NCBI GenBank assembly: GCA_002633005.1
Contig: NMRA01000074.1
Span: 959,097 to 1,023,096 of the forward strand
Origin: Phoronis australis
Lineage: Eukaryota; Animalia; Phoronida
Reading direction: 5' to 3'
Length of the DNA: 64,000 nucleotides
This document shows positions 23,878-34,700 of the stretch, piece after piece. A program made the position numbers and the translations under genes. Position 1 is the first letter of the stretch, and each line of letters begins with the position of its first letter. Under the pieces are notes generated by a model. That model had not been told where the DNA came from. It saw nothing but the letters and a program-made list of their open reading frames with translations, and made no database searches.

Positions 23878-25096
23878 TGTAGGGATCACAATTTGTGTTT
23901 TCAGAACTGAGCTTGAATGTCTAATGAAATGATGGAATCGTGTTTCTTATAGCAGTATGTATTATCAAAGAATAGAAGGATTAATATACATTTGCTGCCT
24001 GCTGTTTGGAAAGTAATCTCTTGAACACTACTATTGGTTTATTGTGTTCTTGCCACTGGTAAGTTGTGTTGTTTGCATGTTTACTAGTAGCTAGTTTAAA
24101 AAAGATGAATCCAAATAAGCCGTTTACTCTTAAGAAATCGGTCTCATTGCCATGTTAGAATTTGGTTTATGTTATTGCCAACGAGAAGATCGAAACCACC
24201 AGCGACTTGAGAATACACTTAGACTTCATTGAAGTTAGCTAACCCTAATATGTGAATTAAAAATTGACACATGTATGCAGGGCCTGTGACATAAGTTGGA
24301 AAGGAAATCTAATCCTGTCACAGTAAGAAATGTTATGAGACCCATTCTATGAGAGTTAAAGGCTAAACATGGCCAACTGCAGCTCTAGGTACATATTACC
24401 AGTTCACTGGCACTAGCAGTCAGAAACTGAATTGACTGGATTTTTTGTCTAAATTTGGGAAATTAAGTTGAATGTCACTATGCTGTTCCATATAAAATTT
24501 GACTCTGTTTTGTTGTCTAGGTGCACTCGCTAAGTCTCTTGTCAGCGTTGTAAACTCAGTACAATTTCTTCCATTGATTTTAATCAGCCGTTTTTAATTG
24601 AATCCTCATCTCTTCCATAGAACTGAGTGTACTTATGTTATCAGTCTTTGGTTTTGTGCTCCAACAGTCATAGTATAGTTGTTGCCAATACAAGGACAAT
24701 CTATCGCAGATTGCGCCCTCTATGTATAGGTCAGTTCATGCACTGCTCATTCCCAAGATTGATTATCGCCCATGTCCCGATTGGTGCTCCGTGTTGGTTA
24801 CACTGCATCAAGCATAGTGTTTTCTGATATCCATTATAAAGTTTTTACTGATTTTCACCTCTACTTATAATAAATTTTATTTAATGAAATGCTTTTGTTT
24901 GTCATTACTGGCTAATAAGCGTTTTCCAATGTAGGGACTTCTTGAAACTCGCCTTATCACTAGATGGCCTTTTTCTTGTCACTAGTTGGTTGGCAGAGTT
25001 GTGTGATCTCGTGAGTTTTTTAATAATTTTCTGGGACCATCGTACTACTTAATTGACACTTGCGCGGAGGGATAATGGTGAACAGAAATGTCCAAG

Positions 25097-25174
25097 AACT
25101 CGCTGGTTCCCTGCGTGCCGCTAAGTGGCCACTACCCAGCAAGCTGGCTTGGCACGCCAGGGAACCAGCGAGTT
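25097..25174. mobile_element. 78-bp foldback mini-element with 6-bp flanking direct repeat
   Basis: AACTCGCTGGTTCCCTG(C)GTGCC...GGCACGCCAGGGAACCAGCGAGTT, flanked by TCCAAG at 25091-25096 and 25175-25180. Confidence 0.65.
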
Positions 25175-25423
25175 TCCAAGAATTGAGCAATGTTTTGTCC
25201 CGGTCATGTGGACTCATCTTGCACAAGGTAATTAGAAATTGTGTCGAGCAAGAGTTCGATGTCGAATTTCAGGCGGGGGTGGGGGTGTAACCGACACGTG
25301 CCGTTCTCGATGCTTTAACTAAAAGTGCAATCAACGCGTGTTAGGTCAAAAGCCACCAAGGGGCTTGTCCTAATAATTGACCTATGGCAAGCTCCGCCCC
25401 TTGCGTAATGTCGACTAACAAAC

Positions 25424-25568
25424 AAGGCGTGCGTTCAGTAGACGCTAGGACCTAGCTAAAACCTAGTCAGAGTCACGTGTTCTCATTTAAAATACACGGC
25501 AATATCTCACGTAATCTCGCGAAGTCTTGCTTCTTAGCGAGGTCCTAGCGCTACTGAACGGGAGGCAG
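25424..25568. mobile_element. MITE family A copy
   Basis: Reverse complement of 46091-46257 with the same TIRs. Confidence 0.8.
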
Positions 25569-26304
25569 TTTTGTCATGTGTCGGATTACCATGTGCTTTA
25601 TTGTTTATTTATCACAAGACAGCCACGTGGCATATGACCCCATGACCTTGTATTGTCCTTATAATGACTCGCTTCAAGATGCTAGTTAGTTAACCATTGG
25701 ACTTGGAATGTCTTTGTATGTGCTTTGATGCACTTCTTATATCTAATGCATTATATATGATTGAATTCGTGTGGTGACTCACAATATCACAAGTTTTACC
25801 TGGCAACGTGTTGTTTTTCGGTTATAATGGCGGCTTGGAAACGAAGGTTTGAGTTCCTGGTAATCCGTGGGAAAGGGATGCCTCTGCTTAGACGCAAGAC
25901 GATATTGCAAAATCTCTTATTCTGGGCCGATTTGAAAAATTCTAAGTTGTACTCGTATTTGTCGTATTTGTTTTCGCTCCTCTTCAAATATTACAGTAAA
26001 AACTAAGTAAAGCTCTCCATAAAAAGCACAGTCTGTTACGCTAGATTGTAATCAGCTGATCATATCCACATCAGCGAAGCCAATTATCCTCGCTCGTGAC
26101 TCGATGAATAGCTTGGCGGGATCCCTTTGATCGTGAGCCGAGCGCGACTCAGCCAAGGTGGATAAATACGGTCTAGTTCAATCTTCCAAACCCACCGTGT
26201 ACCCTGATAGGCGGGATTAGTGGGCCAATCTTATTTAGTGGGACTGATAGCATGGGGTCATTTGTAGCCCATGATCTCGGATTAAAACCAGCTCCTCTCT
26301 CTCA

Positions 26305-27510
26305 AAGTTGGCAGCGGCAGTCTTCAACAAAACTGGCGCTGCTGTGGGGTGCCAGGTTCACCTGGGCATGTGGAGTGGTACTCGGTGTCGGCGGTAAACG
26401 TGATCATGTTGGCAGTGGCAGTCTTCAACAAAACTGGCCCTGCTGTGTGTGCCAGGGTCACTTGGGCATTCGAAGTGGTACTCGATGGATTGTTGGCTGT
26501 TGACGTGGGTTCGATTTTTGGTTGACTGGCGTGCGATCTGTTGTCGGGCAAATTGCAGCTCAGGGGGTGCGGTGCTCTCCGAGTCGGGTGTCTAGCACGT
26601 GACGTGGTGGTGATCAGAGTCGGTTATAGTTTCTTGGCCTTGGCGACAAATATCTGGTCACCGGCGCGTTAAAAGTGGTTTCCAGAACACATAACGATAA
26701 ATCGTCGCGAAAGACCGTCCGGACTTGGTATATGCCATGTGCAACTCCGGACGGTCTGGGGTCAACAGCCGGAAAACTACAGTGCAACTGTGAGTCTACA
26801 CCAATGTGATAAACGACAGTAGTTCTAATTAATTGGTGCGTCAGTTGCAGGTATGCTTATCTCTTTATGGCACGCAATGCGTGACCAGTTGTTAAAAGCG
26901 TTTTCAAAATAATGTGGATAAAGCGGTGAAGTGTGAGACCCCTGAGGTCCCTGTCAAGTCCTCACGACAATTCTACGTAATGCAGGTCGGTGGACATGTA
27001 TAACCATCGGCATGTGATGATTTCGTCTTCTATGGAATCCTCGCCATCAAGCAGGGTGACAATGCTGGCATCAGGCATTTCTAGCTGAGTTCTCTTGGTT
27101 TAGAACTCTCTCCAGGTCGGTAACAGGGTCCGATGGAGTCGCAGTCATGAAGTGGGTGGCACGATCGATGAGCTTCGTCATGAGTCCTCTCATGTGCGCA
27201 CCGCGAACTTTCTGATCTGATTGGCCAGTTGTGGCCGATCTTCGCACAGGTCACGGCACCAAACAAATGTAGTATAACACAACTGGTAGCAAGATGAGGA
27301 CTGTCTTTATTAGACAGGTGAATGGATTTATATACAGTTACAATTCATGTGGGTTGCATCATGCTGCGCGACTCGAAGGACTCAACCACGGTTGCTCACG
27401 CAGCTATGATGTTCTCATGTAGGTCGAAATGTTTCCATGGGTTATTTTCCATGGCTTAGTGAAGGAGTCGCAATCGGAAGTTCACAAAACTATGCATTTG
27501 TTAGGACTAC
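26305..27510 (-). mobile_element. Degenerate BEL/Pao LTR retrotransposon 5' part (LTR, PBS, internally deleted gag)
   Basis: On the minus strand: LTR ~27510-27268 with TATAAA and AATAAA, ending ...TACTACA. PBS TGGTGCCGTGAC (27261-27250) matches tRNA-His. Gag-like RKVRGAH.RGLMTKLIDRA...SIEDEII follows, then Cys/His knuckle remnants and the pre-protease motif GPVLLKTATA, tandemly duplicated at ~26309-26490. Confidence 0.7.
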
Positions 27511-27534
27511 TAAAAATGGCAGAATGGTGAATGT

Positions 27535-28020
27535 TGGCCAAATCTCCTTTTGTCCAAGGCACTGACGTCAAACGCATGCTGGCTCTTTTCACAGTCTGAA
27601 AAATACTTTCGCTCATAAATATAAGTTTGTCAGCTGTTATTAAAATACGTATCGAGGAATGTCAGCTGATAGCAAACCGGGCAAACCTATATGCTGTGTA
27701 AACTGAAGTCACCCATCCCTTTATTGAACAAGAGCAATGTTGTGTATAAGGTTGAATGTGACAACTGTAAGGAATTCTATATAGGACTCACACAGAGACG
27801 CCTCTGTGACAGCTGGTTGTAAGAACATCACACCCAGTCAGAGAAAAGTAACATATATGTAGGCATTGTATTAGCTACAATCACCAAGCCAACTCTGTTA
27901 GTATTATCTGCAGAGAACCTAATAAGGAGTTACTGCACAGAGTCATTGGCCATTCAGAACCAGCATGCCACTGATTCTCTGAATAACATGCAGAGCTCAG
28001 TGACCCTGCAACTATGGTGA
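27535..28020 (+). mobile_element. Penelope-like element fragment (GIY-YIG endonuclease)
   Basis: ~27713-27830 translates PSLLNKSNVVYKVECDNCKEFYIGLTQRRL...EHH, the Penelope GIY-YIG signature. It ends LNNMQSSVTLQLW-stop and is frameshifted. Confidence 0.85.
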
Positions 28021-29070
28021 TAACCAGGTACTGACCATATTCTATGTATCTCTCACTTCACTCTATGGATGTTACCTGAGCTGTATGTTGGCACTTGTCC
28101 CAAATTGTTATTTATGATCGACATATGTCCCGGATAATAGATAAATGATACGTGCGTCGCAAGCTCGTTACCAGAGATGAAAGGAGACTGATGTAGGAGA
28201 TAATAAGGTCATTTATTATGACTAGTACAATTACAATAAAATGAATACAGGTAAATAAGTATAATAGGTAATCTCTGGTAAGATGGGCAATAAAAAGCGC
28301 CGGCCACGTGGAAGTACGAGAGAATGACGAAAACTGGGAGGAAGAGGGTGGGAAAATTGAATGAGTTTTTGACTTGTCTAATGAAAAGGCGAAACGTTGA
28401 ATTGAACATGAACTTTTTTATTTGTGCGGCGATCGTCCGGTTTTTAATCATATGCGTAAACCATAATGTATTCCGAGCACAGTCTAATAACAACTTATCT
28501 CGAGTTCGCACAAAAGTAGCAGAAAAATTGCCAAAAAATTATTTCGAGTTCGTTTCGAGTACAAAAGATTAGATCAGTTCCGGGTCCTGGAGGACCCGGG
28601 GTTATTTGTAAATAAGTCCTCAATTTGCAATTTAATGAGATTATGCATGTTTAAAGATAGTTTAAACTTGGTTGAAATTGTTATTAAAACTAAGAAAATT
28701 GCCCAAGAACTGTTGGTTGACAAAATAACGAACAAGTAGTAGTTGAAAGTTATAATCGTTTCATGGGGAACTGCCATACAAACGGTTAGCAAACTTTGAG
28801 ACTTTTTGGGCATTAATGACGCCTTTGATTTGCGACGTGGTGCTATTGTTGACGTACATTGTACGTAATCATTAGGCCTAATCACTTGTATAATGGACCT
28901 ACAAATGGCTACCGGATAGAAATTAGACAATTTCCTCGAAGATGTGACATTATATTTAGCTTGGTGTGTTAGTTGTATTTCTTATTGTGTATTGAGAATG
29001 ACTGATACAGTAGTATCTTTTGTGTGGAGCTTCATGTTCCGTAACGCTGACCATTGCACAAACATCTACG

Positions 29071-29856
29071 ATGAAAAATGGTTGGCCGAAGTATATGGAC
29101 GCTGCCACTGAACTCAATGAAGCAGAGACTGATCTTGGAGTAAAAGAACGAGGGATACATAAATGACTTGCGCAGCTATTAGGGTGAGTTGTTATGCCGA
29201 AAAGAGGCAAACCGCACAACCCACAAACAAACACCCCCCATCGATTATTTCATAGAAAGCGAGACGAAAAAGGCGACAAAAATCGAGCTGAACAACGCAT
29301 GTGAAGCCACAGAGCCCCAGTTACTGGAGAGAAGCTATCCAATGTCGGCTACATGCAGTGCTAACAAGCCAGAGAAAACTCAGGTAGAGCAAACCGATAC
29401 TGACAGCGTTTACGGTCGGCGACTGGAAAACGTCAAGCCCACTAGTTCCGCGGCGTTATTCCAGAGTGCAATTTGTCCTGCCAAACACGTCACAAGCCAG
29501 AAGCTTCTGTAGCCCTCAACGCGATGCCGAGGACATCATGATCGGAAATCTCCCACCGACAAATCAGGTGACGTTACATTCGTGAGGATGACGGCAACCC
29601 TTATGGTGTCGCAGAATTGCCCAACACTGCGATATCTTCTCATGCAGTCAGCCTTGACGTTTCAGAGAACATCAGCACCTCGGCTTCCTCAAATGATGCA
29701 CAAAATGATAAACAGGGTTTCTTCAAGAAATTGAAGACGACTTTTAGAAATGGCCGCACTACCAAAGTCTCCGCAAGCCCTTCTTCCGGCAAGGGCCACC
29801 GTGTCGCTCCACGATGGCAAAGAATGTTGTGCTGCATTGCCGCCGAGTATGAATAG
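29071..29856 (+). pseudogene. Frameshifted remnant of an unknown low-complexity protein ending FFKKLK...RWQRMLCCIAAEYE
   Basis: Coding-like, GC-richer segment whose open frame shifts between frames (29189-29512, then ~29500-29585, then 29617-29856). AATAAA at ~30016. No recognisable domain. Confidence 0.4.
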
Positions 29857-30471
29857 GTAGAACCTAATGGACTAATTTATAAGCTCTGTGCTGAGCGCTT
29901 TTCGTTTTTTTTGTTGTTGTTTTTAGATAGTATAAAACTTACGTACGCTGCATATCCATGCCCACAGCCACCACTTTTCAGTCGTGAGCTGAATTTTAAC
30001 CAATGAGTGTGCTAAAATAAAATGCATGGGCAATTCAAGCGTTTTTCTCATCATAGGCTGATGAGTAAAGGTACAGAACAAATAAACAAAAGCGCTCACT
30101 TGCACAAACAAATCAGATTACTAGTTGAAGATAACCCACTCGATTACCAAAATTACGCCACCAATATTTCTTCGGGACTGGAAAAAGTGCTAGTTTCAAG
30201 TACAACCTGTGGACCAGTTTCAGTAGAAAGCGAAGAAATGCAGGAATGTGACTAACAGAAGCATATTTCATCTCTATTCAAATGCTGTTGCAGAGTTTTT
30301 ATCTAATCAACAGTGGCCATTGGAGCTTCTTCCAATTTGCCCGCCCCAGGGACGTGCATGCTTTTAATTTTACCCTCGCGTCAATGAAAACTATAGACAC
30401 ATTCAAATTCCAGTAGAGATTACTAGAAAGCAGGTTGGTCTGTAAGTACAGTGAAAACAATTCAATATCAA

Positions 30472-30800
30472 CATGTGCGCACCGCGAACTTTCTGATCTG
30501 ATTGGCCAGTTGTGGTCCCATCTTCGCACAGGTCACGGCACCAAACAATGTAGTATAACGCAACTGGCGGTAGCAAGGTGAGGACTGTCTTTATTAGACA
30601 GGTGAATGGATTTATATTCAAGTTACAATTCATGTGGTTGCATGCCGCCCCGGCCCGGACTCGAAGCCGACTCAACCACGTTGCTCACGCAGCTATGATG
30701 TACTCATGTAGGTCGAAATGTTTCCATGGGTTATTTTCCATGGCTTAGTGAAGGAGTCACAATCGGAAGTTCACAAAACTATGCATTTGTTACTAAAATG
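30472..30800 (-). mobile_element. Second BEL/Pao LTR with PBS(tRNA-His) and a short internal stub
   Basis: Highly similar to 27191-27510; PBS at 30543-30532, LTR from 30549. Confidence 0.75.
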
Positions 30801-31097
30801 CCTGCCAGGAACACACAGCCCACCGCGCGACATCCGCCCAGTTCCCCCGAGAGAGGGCGCGATTAGGTCGCACGTTACATCGATATTTTATCTACAATTC
30901 TATTATTCACCGTTTACTGTCATCAAAAGGTGTATTCGAAGTTTTTTGCGAGGTCTGAAGGTTTTGTAAGCTATGCATGAGCTTGTTTATAATAAGTGTT
31001 GGTGTCTCGAATCAAAGGCACTGGTTGGATATAACGGACCAGATTTAAAGAACCAGATTCATCCGCCAAATATAAGGCCGCGCGCGCGCGCCCTGCC

Positions 31098-31238
31098 CAG
31101 GACCTCGCTAAAAAGCAAGACTTAGACTTTAGTGAGATTACGTGAGATATTGCCCTGTATTTTAAATGAGATCACGTCACTTAGCTAGATTTTAGCTTGG
31201 ACCTACCGTAGGTTCTAGCGTTACTGAACGCTCGCCTG
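31098..31238. mobile_element. MITE family A copy (one end truncated), upstream of TBCCD1
   Basis: AGGACCTCGCTAAAAAGCAAGACTT...GTTACTGAACGCTCGCCTG. Confidence 0.75.
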
Positions 31239-31760
31239 ATTCAGGCCCTGGGACCCCTCTATATCCGACCTGTGCCTGAATCAAATTTTCTATTTTACGA
31301 GGCAATTATTTCATAATTTGCAGATAATTTGGTGATAACTGGGCTAACTTCCATAGATCGTCTCTGGACACATGGCTACTGAGTGGAATATGTGATTATT
31401 ATCCCTTGTAACCTTGTCTTAGTCTCAACATTTTGTTTGTTTGGGGCACAAAATTGTGTATGTGTTGATCCTGCTGTGCTTAATTCAAATGAATTGCTGT
31501 GCCCACAAAAATTTCACTTTCTCACGAATTGAGGACATGCGCCCTTCCACCCCGTTATCTCAGTTTCTACATCCGTGGTTTGTATGAGTAAGTGCTGCCT
31601 CAACATATATCACAAGTGTGGTGTGGTGGGTCAGTTGCTATTGTCCAATTCGCCTCCTACGTTTGTGAAGTATGGGTACCAAAATACGTTTGTCAACCCA
31701 GTGCTATTCTGTACAATTTTGTCTGAGTGAATATTTACTTTCAGATACATCAAGAAAGAC

Positions 31761-34700
31761 ATGACAACCTCACCAAGTGCACCCGATGTGTTGTTATGGC
31801 TACGGCCAGAAGTGTTTACCTGTGGAACTATACCTGTGGCCCCTCACCCAAGAATAAATCACAATGTGAGTTTAAACTCCACTGTAGCGATTGATTTTAT
31901 TCTATTTACAAGTCACAAATAACTTGTAGCGTAAGAAGACTGTCTATCAATTTTGAAGAGTTCACACTAACAAGTAAATAATTATTTATAGTGTGAGCAA
32001 TACGTGTGAATGACATCTAATAAAGTCCTATCTTTAGTATGTTAAAATTGATATGTTCTGTAAAGGTTGTTTTGTCAAATTTTAACGTCACGCAAGTCAT
32101 TTTGAGAATGATTGAGGTTCCAGTTCAGCTTTTTGCATTTTTGTTGTGTTGTATTTGTATTTGTGTCATTTCAGAACATTAAGAAGATTGTTGGATATGC
32201 AAAAAGTAAAGGCCAGACAGGACATCCAAACTTGTGGTTTGTTTATAAATACATAATCACTTATTGCTAGATTCTTGACATTGTAAATTAGTTTAAAACC
32301 TCAAGTTATCAACATTTTGTATTCTTTGGCTTTTTTGCCAAAATCTGTGCGACCGTTTGACAGTTCACAGAAGCATGTCTATTTTTGTCATGGATCCCTT
32401 GATCTGATGCCTTGTCTGTTCTGATTTGTAGACTTGTAACTAAGCTTTGACTTGTTGCCTTTTTGGAACTATAACAGGCTCACATCTCATGTCACTCAGT
32501 TTTCCGACTATGAGCAGTATGCACTTGCAGTTTTGTGCATATGGGCACTTGGGCTGTATGCACATGCGAATTTGTGCATAAAATTACGTGCATATGAGGA
32601 TGCTGTGCCCCTGGTTCAAAGACCTTTGCATAATTTTTTTGGTCTGCTGGGAGTGACAGCTTGCATTAGTTGTGAGTTTACTTTGAAGAACAGCTTCCAG
32701 TATAGGCCTGTTGTCAGACTATCTAATGTTGGATTTATAATAGCTAAGACGTTTTTTTGTTTCAGTTTCTCGGTGTGGAAGCACATAGCTTGTAATAAAC
32801 TTCAACTGAATGTGGATGTAGCATGGATGTAAGTACAGGTCCAGCTTATACAGCTAGGGAATTATAAGTTTTACAAATACAATAAAGTATAATGTGCGAT
32901 AGTGTTGCATTTTCAACAGATCTCACTTCTGGGAAAACATTGTAATCCTACTTTATTGTGTTGTAACAGAATATAATTTAGTATGGCAAAAAGGTATTAA
33001 GTATTTTATGTCATTGAAGTGTCTGATTTTTCTCTCCTTTCTTTTTACTGCAGGTTTTTTGAACTGTATTTCTTAATGAACCACAGTGCAGAAGAAAGAT
33101 TGTCATTGGATGAAAAGTTAGCTGCGTGCAGCACGACGCAAGACATTGGTTGGTACCAAGCTCCTTCCATACAATGGTTGTCAACTACATGATGTTGTCT
33201 GTAAATTACTACATTTAATGAAACCAGTTTGCGCAATTGGTTTTCCTCCAAATTGAACTCTCCCTCGTCATTCCTAACAGAGTTTTAAGATACTTGAAGT
33301 GTTTTTCGTGAGGGGAAAACTATGACGACGTATGCGTCAAAGATTCAATTTCTTGTCACCATTCATGGCAGTTCACCACTAATGTCACTGCACGCCATTT
33401 TTGAATAATCGGTCGATGAAACTTTCAATTTTTATGCCCTCACATATTTATATGTGAGTGCATATTGTTGTCATCAGTTGTTTTCACACATCTCTTTGCA
33501 AAATGACATTAATTAATGAACTTACTGTCACAAGGAACATCTGAAAACGGAATAATATTAGAAACTTTGAATCTGAAAGTTTATATTCTCATTAGTACTC
33601 AGAGGTTTCACTGAAGGATGTCTTCAGAGCTTAGACTAACTGGCTATTCCCAAAGCCTTAAAATTTGATGGGATATTGTGGCACTAAAACTCCCTACCAC
33701 ATGCCTGTCGAAAACCTTTCACTCAACTGTGAATTAGGACGTGGTCGGAGTAGGCTGTCATAATTTTTTGTTGTTATTTTAGTTGCAATGGTATTTTTCA
33801 GAAAAAGTGCGGATGAATACTTGTGTGAATCTCCTACGTTTTGTTGTCCTCCTTTTCATACAGCAAGTGCACAGAATGTCACTGAAAGCTTCCATCATAG
33901 CTGGCGACGAGTATCCTTAAAGTAGTCCCATTCAGTTGCAGTTGACCTACTTGCACAAATTCTCTGGGTTTCTCAGTATAGCAGTTGCTCAAATCCAGCC
34001 AGCAATCAATATCTTTAACCAAAAAATACAAGTGGAATATAATGGCTCAGAACTTTCCTTCCAGCCTTTGGAAATTTTTATGTGCCCACAAATTTATATG
34101 TGGATGCATTATGCCATCATCTATGTCCATCCGGCGTCTGCTGCTCTATCTCCAAAACGCCTTGACGTTTGTTCATGAAATTTTGCACATGTGTTCCTTC
34201 CATGCATGGGATGGCATGAGCAAACTTTTGGAGGGATCCGACTACCGATATGCCCCCTACTGTCAATTTTAGTTTTTTACGTTTACCTCTGTATCTTCAA
34301 AAGTCTTAAAATTTGATATATAGGCACCTATTAATGAGATGATGCTGTCCTCCGTTTTCGGAGGGATTCAAGTGAACGTAGTTTGCGCCAGCTAGTGGCC
34401 ATTTTTACTGTTTTTGGTATGTTTTTTGCGTCCACCCCTCTATCAACCAAACCGCTTAAAGGATGATTGTGAAAATTGGCACATATGTTCTTACTATGAA
34501 GTGGACGACTGACAATGATTTTCCGATTTTGACTACTGTGGCGTCTCCAAGTGAAATTTTATTTTTTGCGCCTATGGCTGTATCTCCTATTGGAAGGATC
34601 TTTATTAAATTTAGTTAGTGTATTTATATGATGTTGACAAGGGACAACGACGACTTTCGGACAAATCTGATTACTACTGTGCCCCCTAGTGGCAATTTTA

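Noticed and set aside
25820-25865. Separate gene starting MAAWKRRFEFL
   Set aside because: Promoter-like ATGGCGG context and possible donors, but no downstream coding exons found. It might be a 5' UTR exon, which cannot be supported without transcripts.
27268-30800. One intact LTR element bounded by the two BEL LTRs
   Set aside because: Both LTRs are followed by PBS and gag start, and no PPT or TSD was identified.
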